Notes: generated from the sequence alone by a model not told the origin. A DNA stretch of 64,000 nucleotides from Candidatus Izemoplasmatales bacterium (GCA_050949045.1 JBMNEZ010000001.1:800001-864000), one strand, 5' to 3'; positions 19,468 to 29,332 are shown, counted from the stretch's first letter. Numbers and translations are program-made.

Positions 19468-19528
19468 AGCGTTTCTTGAAAGAAGGAAGGATTGAAGCGA
19501 ATCCTTCCTTCAGTTATTCAAGAACCGC
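19468..19528 (-). promoter_or_regulatory. intergenic stem-loop after the binding-protein gene (mRNA stabiliser or partial terminator)
   Basis: GAAGGAAGGATT-GAAGCG-AATCCTTCCTTC inner stem plus outer TTCTTGAA/TTCAAGAA pairing. Confidence 0.6.
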
Positions 19529-19548
19529 AATAGAAATAAAAATTATTC

Positions 19549-20661
19549 TTATTCAGCGTCTTCCGCGGGTTCAGCTTTCGCAACCAAATCGGCATTGCTG
19601 ACGCCAAGGCCTTGCAAGAAAGCGCCTAGGCTTGACTTGTCGTTCGTGGGAACAACGATCGTCCCGTCGACGACCAATGGGAGAATGTGTTGATAGGCTG
19701 CAACTGCCGCATCTTCATGGGTACCGAATCTTGAGAAATCAGCAGGAAGCGAGACTCCGCCTTCGGCTGCGCCAAGCGAGATCGTCCGGCCACCATCCCA
19801 GGTGTCGCCGTAGAAATCTTCGAGAGCGGCAATGGCTGCTTCGCCAACACCCTTGAGAGCGGAAGTGATGACAGATGTAGAGTCTCCAGATTGGTCAGCG
19901 TCAACGCCGATGACCCACTTGCCCGTTTGTTCTTCAGCAGCGGACATCGCCGATGACCCTGCACCGCCAGCGGCCGCAAAAATCACCTCAACACCGGCAC
20001 TGTACCAAGCAGTAGCCTTACTCTGCGCATCAGGTGTCGGAGCGAACGAGCCAAGGTATTCGTAGTGATCTGCGGTGAAAGTGATCTGCTTGTCCATCTC
20101 ATCGGCGGCATAATAGGCGCCGGCAACATAGCCGATCCCAAAACGCTGAACAGCAGGAACGCTCATTCCGCCGAAGAATCCGAGGTTAGTAAACTTGCCA
20201 CTCTTGACGGCGACATAACCGGCTAGGAATCCGACTTCATGCTCATCAAAAAGAATGTTGAGCGTGTTTTCCTCTGTTTTGTAAGTTTCATAGTCGGCAG
20301 TATGCGGCTCACCATCAATAAGGACAAACTTCACATCAGGATACAACGACTGAGCCTTATAAATAGCAGTCTCGAACAAGTATCCCGGTGTGACAACGAT
20401 TTTCGCCCCGCCCCTCACAGCAAGTTTGATTGCTCTCAGATAGGCTTTGTCAGATACTTCTCTTGGTTTGTAGTACTTGTATGATTTCTCATTTGCCGTT
20501 GCATATTCAACGATTCCCTCCCAAGTACTCTGGTTGAAGGATTTGTCGTCGATGCCTCCGGAGTCAGTGACCATGGCGATTTCGTACTTTTCACCAGCAC
20601 AAGAAGCCATGGTAAACACACTCGCAAAAACCAAAGCAATTACTAGTAATGCTTTCTTCAT
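19549..20661 (-). CDS. BMP-family nucleoside-binding lipoprotein
   Basis: Lipobox-like MASC; MVTDSGGIDDKSFNQ, FLAGY, IFAAAGG, WVIGVDADQ. Confidence 0.94.
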   Translation of the reverse strand: MKKALLVIALVFASVFTMASCAGEKYEIAMVTDSGGIDDKSFNQSTWEGIVEYATANEKSYKYYKPREVSDKAYLRAIKLAVRGGAKIVVTPGYLFETAIYKAQSLYPDVKFVLIDGEPHTADYETYKTEENTLNILFDEHEVGFLAGYVAVKSGKFTNLGFFGGMSVPAVQRFGIGYVAGAYYAADEMDKQITFTADHYEYLGSFAPTPDAQSKATAWYSAGVEVIFAAAGGAGSSAMSAAEEQTGKWVIGVDADQSGDSTSVITSALKGVGEAAIAALEDFYGDTWDGGRTISLGAAEGGVSLPADFSRFGTHEDAAVAAYQHILPLVVDGTIVVPTNDKSSLGAFLQGLGVSNADLVAKAEPAEDAE

Positions 20662-20712
20662 TTGTTACCTCCATTTTTATTAAGTTTTTATTTTGAAACT
20701 GCTCTTAATATT

Positions 20713-20742
20713 ATTATACACTACCAATCGAGATGATGGCAA
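20713..20742 (-). promoter_or_regulatory. sigma-A promoter of the BMP-ABC operon
   Basis: TTGCCA-18 bp-TATAAT. Confidence 0.6.
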
Positions 20743-20904
20743 CCTTAAACAGACATTATTTTTAAAAATAAAACATAGGCATAACATTTTTTACTTTACC
20801 GTTGTCAAACGGTGGATCAAAAGCGATCTTTCCGGAATAATATTGGCATAGATCGCAAATCAACGGGAAGGTTGTTGATGATCGGTTAATAATAAAATAA
20901 ACGG

Positions 20905-21591
20905 CTAATCATCGGGAATGTCTTGCTCGTAGAAACGGCGGTATTGCTGCCGGCGGAAATACGGTGTCTCCGGGACAAGGAAAAAACTGAGGATCAAACC
21001 AGCCAAGAAACCGCCAACATGGCCGAGGATGCTGATGCTTGGAAACGTGAATGTCAGGACAAAGTTGACGATGACAAGCGTCCTGATCGAGCGGATCGAT
21101 TGGGAGTTGAACCAAGCCCTTTTCTTGAACGTGATGAAAAACAAAGATGCCATAATACCGTAGAGAGCCCCGCTCGCGCCAACAGTCACGTTTGTCGGCG
21201 AACCAAAGACCTCTGCCAGAATGCCTTCTCCCTTGCCGGCAAAGAAAGTTATGACCGCCCCCCCTGCAAGACCCGAAACAAGATAAAGTATGAAGTAATT
21301 CAGCGGCCCGAGCAATCTTTCCATCAAGATTCCAAGAATATAGAGAGCAACCATATTCATCACAAAATGAATAATGCTGCCATGTAAAAACATCGAAGTC
21401 AGAATCCTGAGAAACTCGCCGTCATCGATGACATATTTTGGAACCAGAGCGCCAAGACGGACCAGATTGACGACACTGAAGCCGCCGGTCGCAATCGTTA
21501 GGATGAACATCGCAATGTTAAGCAATAACAGCCCGGCGCTGACGGGGCTGTCGCGGAATATTTTTTTGATTTCCTGAACTAAATTCGGCAT
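20905..21591 (-). CDS. rhomboid intramembrane serine protease
   Basis: SMFLHG..HF..NM, GASG catalytic Ser, GHVGG catalytic His; ATG 21591 with AAGGAG. Confidence 0.93.
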   Translation of the reverse strand: MPNLVQEIKKIFRDSPVSAGLLLLNIAMFILTIATGGFSVVNLVRLGALVPKYVIDDGEFLRILTSMFLHGSIIHFVMNMVALYILGILMERLLGPLNYFILYLVSGLAGGAVITFFAGKGEGILAEVFGSPTNVTVGASGALYGIMASLFFITFKKRAWFNSQSIRSIRTLVIVNFVLTFTFPSISILGHVGGFLAGLILSFFLVPETPYFRRQQYRRFYEQDIPDD

Positions 21592-21635
21592 CGTAATCTC
21601 CTTACTCGTAATTTGATATAGACTGATAATCCCAG

Positions 21636-22424
21636 TCAATCTTCCAGCATTTCCAGAATGGAATGAACGCCGCTGACGACAAATGTCGGCTGAAAATCTG
21701 ATAACTCAAGATCTTGAACCGTGGTTTCTCCGCTGAGGACCAACACGGTATCGATTCCGGCGTTGATTCCGCACTTGATATCGGTATACAGCCTGTCTCC
21801 GACAAGAACAGTCTCTTCTTTCAGCACGCCGAAACGGTTGATGATCATCTCGATGATGTCTGGTTCCGGCTTCCCGAGAAATCGGGGTCTCCTTTTTGTC
21901 GCATTTTCCAGCATGACGGCGAACGACCCGCAATCGGGCACAAAACCGAACTCAACCGGACAGACAAGGTCGGGATTGGTCGCCAGATAGATTTTGCCTT
22001 GGGTAAGCAGCCTCGAAACATCGATCAGTTTCTGGTAGACGAGTTCAGTGTCATAACCGATGACGACGCCATCGATGTCATCTTGATATCGGTCGACCAC
22101 TAGTAGACCTGATTCGCGCAATTCCGCCTTCATCGAAGCCGTTCCCATTACATAAAACCTGGCATCGGGGTAACTTTCCCTGATATGGATGATCAATGCC
22201 TGTGTCGAGGTCGCCACATTGTCGATTTCGCAAGGTATACCCAACCTTTGGATTTTGTGGAGATAGTCAATGGTTGAAATTGAGGAATTGTTGGTAAAGA
22301 ATACATATTCCCCGCTATTTTTCCTGATCCTCTCGAGCAGTTCGAGCGCTCCCGGAAACAAGACGCCGTCGAGATAGATTGTGCCATCAAGATCAAAAAT
22401 AAATAACTTCTTGCTTCTCAGCAT
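21636..22424 (-). CDS. HAD-IIA hydrolase (NagD-like nucleotide/sugar phosphatase)
   Basis: FDLDGT, FTNNS, TNPD, GKP, GDRLYTDI; start could alternatively be 22448. Confidence 0.93.
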   Translation of the reverse strand: MLRSKKLFIFDLDGTIYLDGVLFPGALELLERIRKNSGEYVFFTNNSSISTIDYLHKIQRLGIPCEIDNVATSTQALIIHIRESYPDARFYVMGTASMKAELRESGLLVVDRYQDDIDGVVIGYDTELVYQKLIDVSRLLTQGKIYLATNPDLVCPVEFGFVPDCGSFAVMLENATKRRPRFLGKPEPDIIEMIINRFGVLKEETVLVGDRLYTDIKCGINAGIDTVLVLSGETTVQDLELSDFQPTFVVSGVHSILEMLED

Positions 22425-22509
22425 CGTAACACCTGCGGTTTTTTCCATCCATAAATACCTCATCTGATTAAAAGAATTATAACACAGAGCAGAATGCAAA
22501 CTGAATCAA

Positions 22510-23895
22510 TTAGTGATGACGAATGACTTCAAATTTTTTGATCTCATAATCATCTTCGGGAGAAATATTGCCTTTCCTGAGCGCGATCCTTAATTGTTCT
22601 TCGACAGTGTCCACGCCTTCAAGATTCGGAAGAAGCAGACCGCTTCTACCTTTGAAACGAACGATGATGCCATATCTTTTCGGATCCAGCTCGGCAAGAG
22701 AGGATACCGGTTGTGCCGGGCGCAAAACATCAACCGAATAGACGATCCGGTCCAGTTCATCCTCTCTGACAGGTTCGAAACGAGAATCCCTAAAGCCGGC
22801 ACTGACCGCATTTTGAATTATTTCATCCGCTAGTGAAACTGTGGTCGGACTGACTGTACCGATGCAGCCGCGTAGGCGGCCGTCAAGTTTTAAGGATACA
22901 AACACTCCGGCCTTTTCTTCAAGCAACTCGGGGCTCAGCCCCGCTGGCATTGGCAGATGGCGACGGTTTTTGGCATAGTATTCCAAAGAAGAGCGAGCGA
23001 GGCGGACAAGTTCGCCTTCGGCGCTCCTGGTCTTCTCGGCTTCCTTTTTCAACCTCAAAGTCTCAAGATCCCCAAAGCACCTAGAAGAGTCGTCGCCGGT
23101 GACATCGAAAGACGCGACCGCGTATCCGACGCCGAATGGCCCCTCATAGCTGAGCAACTCTGATGCGACCGCTTTTCGATCGAGCGCGCCGGCCATCATT
23201 GCGATTGATCGGAGTCCGCACTCGGCAGCTTTGAAGGCAAACGCGTCGTCCAATTCAAACAACCGCTCAAAAGCACCTGATGCGAGTATTTCGGTGATTT
23301 TCTCGTCAAAAGCAGGGCCTTCCGGGGCAAACCCGTAGGGACCGGTCAGTTTGAGTTTGTGCGACAAATCGCCGCTGGCAATGAAGACGACTCTTTTCCC
23401 GGACAAGGTTACAGCCTTATCAATCGCCTCGCCCAAATGGTAATGATCGAGCAGTGAGAGACCGGATAAAGAGACTCTGACCACCTTGGTTTTCCCAAGG
23501 ATGTCGCGAATGAAATAGAGCGGGACTAAAATCCCATGATCGAGGCTTTTGTCTCTTTCGCCTTCTGTCCCGGCCATGATTCCCGCTTCTTTGGCAATGT
23601 CGGTAATCAGCCTGACGAGTTCATAATCATAATTAACTGCTAGTTCGATCTGGGGACAGCCAAACCGCCCGAAATCTCCCTTCGCCGTCTTTCCCGGGGA
23701 GATGTGGTTATAGTTCTGATACAACACAGAATGGGGGGACGCTATCACGACCGTATCCGGTTCAATAAGCGTGATGCGTCTGCCGATTTCTTTGTATGCC
23801 TCAACTGTTTTCTCGATTTTTCTCAGATCGTTCCTGCCGATATCCGGAATAATCAGCGGCGGATGCGGAACAACGAAAGCAGATAGGATTCCCAT
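22510..23895 (-). CDS. amrA: AmmeMemoRadiSam protein A (LigB/Memo-like domain fused to AMMECR1 domain)
   Basis: VPHPP, SPH, DHG, ASGDLSH, AECG in the N-part; GVFVSL...LRGCIGT, D.RF, GLLLP in the C-part. Confidence 0.92.
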   Translation of the reverse strand: MGILSAFVVPHPPLIIPDIGRNDLRKIEKTVEAYKEIGRRITLIEPDTVVIASPHSVLYQNYNHISPGKTAKGDFGRFGCPQIELAVNYDYELVRLITDIAKEAGIMAGTEGERDKSLDHGILVPLYFIRDILGKTKVVRVSLSGLSLLDHYHLGEAIDKAVTLSGKRVVFIASGDLSHKLKLTGPYGFAPEGPAFDEKITEILASGAFERLFELDDAFAFKAAECGLRSIAMMAGALDRKAVASELLSYEGPFGVGYAVASFDVTGDDSSRCFGDLETLRLKKEAEKTRSAEGELVRLARSSLEYYAKNRRHLPMPAGLSPELLEEKAGVFVSLKLDGRLRGCIGTVSPTTVSLADEIIQNAVSAGFRDSRFEPVREDELDRIVYSVDVLRPAQPVSSLAELDPKRYGIIVRFKGRSGLLLPNLEGVDTVEEQLRIALRKGNISPEDDYEIKKFEVIRHH

Positions 23896-23919
23896 AATAC
23901 TCCTCCTTTAAAAAAGTAA

Positions 23920-24795
23920 TCAAACATTTCCAAGATAAATATGGTTCAACCCGGCCTCATGACCGATCTTTTTCGCTTTCAAGAGCGTTTCATAGGGAGT
24001 CGGTTCCTTGTCCGACATTTTCCACCCGGGGAAAAAGCGGCTGAGGTGCCAGGGCACTTCGGGACTGAGTTTTCTGCTGATGAACTCGGCGATTGATGAT
24101 AGTTCAGCCACGCTATCATTGACACCCGGTATAATAAGCGTTGTAATCTCGAGGTGGACTTTGCCCCTATGAAGTTGAATAAGATTTCGCATTACTGATT
24201 CAGCGTCGCCGCCACAAAATCGCTTATAAACTCTCTCAGTCGAACCTTTGAGATCGACATTCGCCGCATCGAGATAGGGCATCACCGCCGTCAAAGCCTC
24301 GGGCGTCATGAAGCCGTTGGTGACCCAGATGTTTTTAAGCCCTTTGGCACGAGCCAAGACCATAATATCAATGGCGTACTCGATGAAAATCGTCGGCTCG
24401 GAATAAGTGTAGGATAGCGAAGGGCAATCATGCTTGATGGCATTTTCGACATGTTCTGAAGGCTCGATCAGCGTCCCGGATGTTTCCTTAGGATGCATGA
24501 TCGGCCTTTGCGAAAGTTGCCAGTTCTGGCACCATTTGCAATGGAGATTACAGCCAGCAGTTGCCAGTGAATAGGTTTTGGTCCCGCTCATAAAATGATA
24601 AAGCGGCTTCTTTTCTATCGGGTCAACTCCGATAGCGGCCGTCATTCCGTAATTCAATGCAAACAGCGTACCTTGGCGATTTTCCCTTACTCCGCAAATA
24701 CCGGTTTTCCCCGGTTTGATCGTGCATCGGTGATTACACACCATGCACCTTACAAAATCGTCTTCAAGACGTTCGTAAAGCATTGCTTCTTTCAT
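23920..24795 (-). CDS. amrS: AmmeMemoRadiSam radical SAM enzyme
   Basis: C..C.HRC, G.CGVR, DPIEKKPLYHF, CNLHCKWCQNW (CxxxCxxC), YTYSEP, H.SRFFP, IYLGNV. Confidence 0.95.
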   Translation of the reverse strand: MKEAMLYERLEDDFVRCMVCNHRCTIKPGKTGICGVRENRQGTLFALNYGMTAAIGVDPIEKKPLYHFMSGTKTYSLATAGCNLHCKWCQNWQLSQRPIMHPKETSGTLIEPSEHVENAIKHDCPSLSYTYSEPTIFIEYAIDIMVLARAKGLKNIWVTNGFMTPEALTAVMPYLDAANVDLKGSTERVYKRFCGGDAESVMRNLIQLHRGKVHLEITTLIIPGVNDSVAELSSIAEFISRKLSPEVPWHLSRFFPGWKMSDKEPTPYETLLKAKKIGHEAGLNHIYLGNV

Positions 24796-24842
24796 GAATG
24801 ATCACATCCATTGATTATCCTTGGTCTCTCAAATAGCTGCCG

Positions 24843-25121
24843 TCAGGCGAAGTGAGTATAGAAGACAAACAGCGACGCATACACTGACATGATGACAAAG
24901 ATTAAAAGAATAATTGAGTAGACTGATTTGAAACGGGATTGCTCGGAAAAATGAAGATAATAGCCAATTGAGAACGGTAATAAGATAATGACGAGTTTTT
25001 CCCTGATTGATGCTTTACTCTTCAGTGCCGCAGTTATGCGGAGAGCGGTCAACACGATTGGCGCAGCGATCAGGACTATCCAGATAGTAATGATGCTGGA
25101 AGCAACGAAAAAATCAACCAT
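24843..25121 (-). CDS. hypothetical 92-aa membrane protein (about 3 TM)
   Basis: ATG 25121 with GGGAGG RBS; hydrophobic; overlaps the upstream ORF stop by 8 nt. Confidence 0.75.
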   Translation of the reverse strand: MVDFFVASSIITIWIVLIAAPIVLTALRITAALKSKASIREKLVIILLPFSIGYYLHFSEQSRFKSVYSIILLIFVIMSVYASLFVFYTHFA

Positions 25122-25260
25122 GGATTTTCCCTCCCACCAGAGTGTAGACAAAACCAAGTGCCGGCAAGGCAAACACAAACAAGATGTTTGTCAGCCAGAA
25201 TAACAAGACGCTGATCATCAATGCATGCAAAGTTACGATCAGCCTGTCTTTGGTTTTCAT
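25114..25260 (-). CDS. unannotated 48-aa hydrophobic small protein
   Basis: MKTKDRLIVTLHALMISVLLFWLTNILFVFALPALGFVYTLVGGKIHG*; ATG overlaps upstream TGA (TGATG); below the ORF-track length cutoff. Confidence 0.7.
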   Translation of the reverse strand: MKTKDRLIVTLHALMISVLLFWLTNILFVFALPALGFVYTLVGGKIHG

Positions 25261-26222
25261 CAATCCACCCCGCTCTCAAGCAGGATTTCGGTAGAAATCT
25301 TGTAATCTGCATCGATTTCAATCATACGACCGCCTTTTTCAAGATATCCGTATCCATTGTAACCGCTGGCCCTTCCATAACCTAAAATAACACCTTCCAA
25401 AGTGAAATGAAAGTCGCTGAGATGATCATGCCCAACAAAGACGGCTTTGGTTTTACCGATTTCAGTGATGGCTGCGAAGATGCCGGTGTCTATCCCCTGA
25501 GCGCAGACTTTTCCTTCTTTGTAAACTCCAATATAATCGAGATTCGGATCGGTTTCGATCAGTTTATACTGGCGAATGGGGATATGCATGAACATTATTG
25601 ACGGGGTTGTATCAGTTTGGCTGTGGCCTTGGTACCATTCGACCTGAGCTGTGCTTAAAAAGCCGTATTCGCCCTCTTCTTCGGAATATTCCTCTCTTTC
25701 CTGGTGGGAGTCGAGAAAATAGGCCTTGTAGAAAGGGGCGCCCTCTTTCATGAACTCAATCATGAAATTGCCCGCACCGCCATCAACCATCTTTGGACCG
25801 ACCTTAAAAACCAGATACTTTGTATCTTCAATCAGGGTCAGATAGTCCTCATAGAGATGATAGTCGGTTTCATGATTCCCAAAGATGAAAGTCCACGGTG
25901 TTTTCAATTCTTCCATTACTTTGATTAACTTTTTAAACAAGATTGGACCGAGGGGCGACATTGTCATATCCCCGGTGATGACAACCAGATCCCAGTCGTC
26001 TTTTTTAACCAGTTTCCTGATCAATGAATAAGTGCTGCGGTCATTGGCATCGATCCCGTATGTAAGATGCAGATCAGTAAGTTGAAGGATCTTAAGAGAA
26101 TCACCCCGCACCTCTACCTGCATTGGGGTGTCGGAAGAGTAAATTAAAACAGCCGGCTTTGAACAGGCAATAAACAGAAAAGGCAAAAACAAATAGAGAA
26201 ACAGAGCGATTTTTTTCAACAT
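25260..26222 (-). CDS. lipoprotein calcineurin-like metallophosphoesterase (Dcr2-like)
   Basis: Lipobox-like FIAC; KILQLTDLH, TGD, FGNHE, LDS, FMHIP, GHDH, GGR. Confidence 0.9.
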   Translation of the reverse strand: MLKKIALFLYLFLPFLFIACSKPAVLIYSSDTPMQVEVRGDSLKILQLTDLHLTYGIDANDRSTYSLIRKLVKKDDWDLVVITGDMTMSPLGPILFKKLIKVMEELKTPWTFIFGNHETDYHLYEDYLTLIEDTKYLVFKVGPKMVDGGAGNFMIEFMKEGAPFYKAYFLDSHQEREEYSEEEGEYGFLSTAQVEWYQGHSQTDTTPSIMFMHIPIRQYKLIETDPNLDYIGVYKEGKVCAQGIDTGIFAAITEIGKTKAVFVGHDHLSDFHFTLEGVILGYGRASGYNGYGYLEKGGRMIEIDADYKISTEILLESGVD

Positions 26223-26441
26223 ATCTCCTTTGAAACATTATTCTTCTTGTTAGTTTTATTCTACCACATCCAGCTTCCTTTTGGGGGTTAAAACCAAACT
26301 TATTGCCAGATGCGAAAAAGATAAGATTATCAACTGGTGCGGATTGACCCTAACTGGCATTTATTAAAAAAGATGTTAATAAACACTGTTCATTTTGTGT
26401 CTACTAACATCTTATCACTTCAGAGTGAGGAACTTATTCTT

Positions 26442-27554
26442 TTACAATTTGTTTTTAATCCATTCTTCCATAAAACCAAGAAGTTCGTTGTAGGATGGGC
26501 TTTTTGCGTTTCTGACATAGTAACCGCTCGTAGACATCCCTACCAGTAAAGCCTCATTAGGCTCAAGGCCGAGAAGAAGTCCGAGAACGAATCCGGCATT
26601 GAAATTGTCACCGGCGCCGGTGGTCAATTTCGGTTTTTTGGTGTAAGGGCCGATTTCTTCAAAGTAATTGTTTTGAATAATACAAGAGGACCGATCGACG
26701 GGATGGATGACGACGGCATCAATGTTAAGATAGTCATAGAGCATCCGGTTGACTTCCTGCAGAGTTGAATCTCGGGTCGCTCCAAGGCCAAGGAGTTCGG
26801 CGATGTCGTAAGCTTCTTTCTTGTTCAGACCGAGGATGACGAAAAAGTGTTGCCTGAAGGAATTCAATACCGCGAGAGCGGCTTTAATCTCCTCGAGTTT
26901 TCGCTTTTCGGGATCGGCCAAATCGACAAAAAAGATTGGTCTATCTTTCTTTGGCTTAAGAAGCGGCAAAATCTCATTCACCAGTCTCTGCCAGATATCA
27001 GTCATATTCGTGATCATCGACCAGTTCACCGAAGCGAACAAGTCGGCTTCCTCAAGCAAATCGACAAGCCGTTCCTTTTCGACGTTTTCAAGAAGTTTGT
27101 CGAAGGTGATATCCGTCAGCGACGCGGTCTTGCCAAGCAGGAGCTTGCCATCATCGAACTCGAGAGCGTCCGTGTGGCCGCTGTTCGCAAGAGTGATCAG
27201 GGCTGCGTGTTCCTGGAGCTCCGCATAGACCTCGTCGATCGTCGGCTTGCCGAGAGCGCCGATGTAGGTCAACTTGGGATTGTGCTTGGCGAGAGCGTTG
27301 GCCATGATCGGTCCGTTGCCTCCGATCTTTTTGGTGACCGGTACGAGTTCGATGTTCGTTGACAACCCGCTGGCGCGCTCGATTCTTTTTGCCAGGGCGC
27401 TGATCGTCTCGATTCTGGTATAGTTCTTACTGTCGAGACGCTTGTCGACGACATGGACGATCTCGTCGATGAAACCGTCGAAGCCAACCAAGAGATTCAG
27501 TTTTTTGGGGTCTTTCTGTTTCAGTTTTCTGATGACGTTCAGTCGTTTGTCCAT
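26442..27554 (-). CDS. PfkB-family carbohydrate kinase
   Basis: GFDGFIDE, GGNGPIMANAL, DLADP, TTGAGDNFNAG. Confidence 0.85.
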   Translation of the reverse strand: MDKRLNVIRKLKQKDPKKLNLLVGFDGFIDEIVHVVDKRLDSKNYTRIETISALAKRIERASGLSTNIELVPVTKKIGGNGPIMANALAKHNPKLTYIGALGKPTIDEVYAELQEHAALITLANSGHTDALEFDDGKLLLGKTASLTDITFDKLLENVEKERLVDLLEEADLFASVNWSMITNMTDIWQRLVNEILPLLKPKKDRPIFFVDLADPEKRKLEEIKAALAVLNSFRQHFFVILGLNKKEAYDIAELLGLGATRDSTLQEVNRMLYDYLNIDAVVIHPVDRSSCIIQNNYFEEIGPYTKKPKLTTGAGDNFNAGFVLGLLLGLEPNEALLVGMSTSGYYVRNAKSPSYNELLGFMEEWIKNKL

Positions 27555-27940
27555 ATGGTTGCCTCTAACTTCCTTTATTGATTGTTTTTTACCTCTTATT
27601 AAGTATACCAAATTCTGAAGAGATATTCATCATTATCTGAAATCAAACGGTTTTGTTTTGAATATTTGGCTTCTATGCTTGGACAAGCAAATAATTGGAT
27701 GCCTTTTTTGGTATTGTGTTTTAGTATACCCTACTGGCTGACGAACACCTCAAATCGCGGTTCAGTGAGATGTTCAAGCAGTTATATTTCCGAAGCGCGA
27801 TCAGTCTCGCTGCCGATTCAAGAACACTCTACAAAATTGAGCATTGCTTTGTCACAAAACAAACACAGTTATGATATAATGGTTAACAGTTATTTTTTGG
27901 TCATTGTTTATCATTGCATCCGGATTGGAGTTGGTTTTTT

Positions 27941-28825
27941 TTGGGCAAGAAGGCGTTATTGATTTTGAATCCCTTGGCAGGCCGCAAGCGCGGCGAGAAA
28001 CTTATAAACAAGATCATCCGGATCTTCACCGACCACGGCTATGAGGTCCTTTTGAAAATCACTGCTTTTCATGGTCAAGCCGTCGACTTGTGCCAGCACT
28101 GTGTTCACGAGGCGGATATCGTCGTCCCGATCGGTGGCGATGGCACCTTGAATCAAGTCATCCAAGGAATGATGAATGCCAATATCTTCAAGCCGATTGG
28201 CTTCATCCCCGCAGGGAGCTCAAATGTCTTCAGCGGCAATCTTGGATTGCCCAAACAGATTCTAAGGGCTGCCGTCAATGTGGTCGAGGGTTCCGCCATT
28301 CCTCTCGATATCGGATTTCTCAACGACAGGTGCTTCTCATTTATTACCTCATTCGGCGCCTTCTCAAACACTTCTTACTTAACGCCGCAGAAACAAAAAA
28401 ATAAATGGGGTCAGCTTGCCTATGTTTTTCAGGCACTCAAAGACCTGCCCTCAATCAAACCGATTCATGCCAAGGTCATAACCGATGAATATGTGTTTGA
28501 GGACGATTTTATCTTCGGATCATTCACAAATTCGCTGACTGTGGCCGGAATCGTCAGACTCGATCATTCTCGAGTCGATCTCGCCGATGGCAAAATGGAG
28601 ATCCTCCTGATCAAATATCCCAAGAATGCCGTCGAGCTAAGTCGGACGCTGACCGCTCTCAGAAAGAAAGAGTACGACCCCAGAATCATCCGCTTTCATT
28701 CAACTGCCAACGCTACCGTTTTCACTCCCAAGGGTACCGAGTGGTCAATCGACGGTGAGTGTGCCGCTTGGTCTGAGCCGATGACGATTACTATCAAACA
28801 AAAACTGATTAACTTCATAGGATAA
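27941..28825 (+). CDS. diacylglycerol/lipid kinase family protein (YegS/BmrU/DgkB)
   Basis: NPLAG, GGDGT, IPAGSSN, DG, IDGE; probable TTG start. Confidence 0.9.
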   Translation: MGKKALLILNPLAGRKRGEKLINKIIRIFTDHGYEVLLKITAFHGQAVDLCQHCVHEADIVVPIGGDGTLNQVIQGMMNANIFKPIGFIPAGSSNVFSGNLGLPKQILRAAVNVVEGSAIPLDIGFLNDRCFSFITSFGAFSNTSYLTPQKQKNKWGQLAYVFQALKDLPSIKPIHAKVITDEYVFEDDFIFGSFTNSLTVAGIVRLDHSRVDLADGKMEILLIKYPKNAVELSRTLTALRKKEYDPRIIRFHSTANATVFTPKGTEWSIDGECAAWSEPMTITIKQKLINFIG

Positions 28826-28843
28826 CAAAAAACATGAAAATTC

Positions 28844-29332
28844 TCATGTTTTTTTCTGTTGTAACAACCTTTGGATGTCTTGACTGATTTTTTCCGGCTT
28901 GGTGGTCGGCCCGTAACGCTTGACGACCCTTCCCTTCCGGTCAACGAGAAACTTGGTGAAATTCCATTTGATTTTTGATGAAAAGAAGCCCTTGTGCTTT
29001 GCCTTCAAAAACGTATATAAAGGCGATTCGTTCGGACCGTTGACATCAATCTTGGCAAACTGAGGGAAAGTAATCCCAAAGTTGGAAAAACTGAAATCGA
29101 AGATTTCTTCCGAAGTCCCTGGAGCTTGCCCGGCAAACTGGTTGCACGGAAAATCAAGTATTTCAAAACCACTCGCATTAAGTTTCCAATACAAATCCTG
29201 AAGGCCTACATACTGTGGTGTAAAGATGCAATCGGTAGCCGTGTTGACAATCAACAGAACCATTCCCCGGTAAATCGACAAAGAGACATCCTTTTCGTGT
29301 CGATCTTTCACCGTAATGTCATAGATTTCCAT
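28844..29332 (-). CDS. glutathione peroxidase family protein (Cys type)
   Basis: VNTATDC, TPQY, FPCNQF, KIDVNG, KWNFTKFL. Confidence 0.95.
   Translation of the reverse strand: MEIYDITVKDRHEKDVSLSIYRGMVLLIVNTATDCIFTPQYVGLQDLYWKLNASGFEILDFPCNQFAGQAPGTSEEIFDFSFSNFGITFPQFAKIDVNGPNESPLYTFLKAKHKGFFSSKIKWNFTKFLVDRKGRVVKRYGPTTKPEKISQDIQRLLQQKKT

Noticed and set aside
20662..20904. Possible purine riboswitch before the BMP operon, and an ACCGTT-GTCA-AACGGT palindrome
   Set aside because: The promoter is only ~50 nt from the start and there is no aptamer core; the single short palindrome is unsupported
29226..29240. Selenocysteine in the glutathione peroxidase
   Set aside because: The active-site codon is TGC (Cys)
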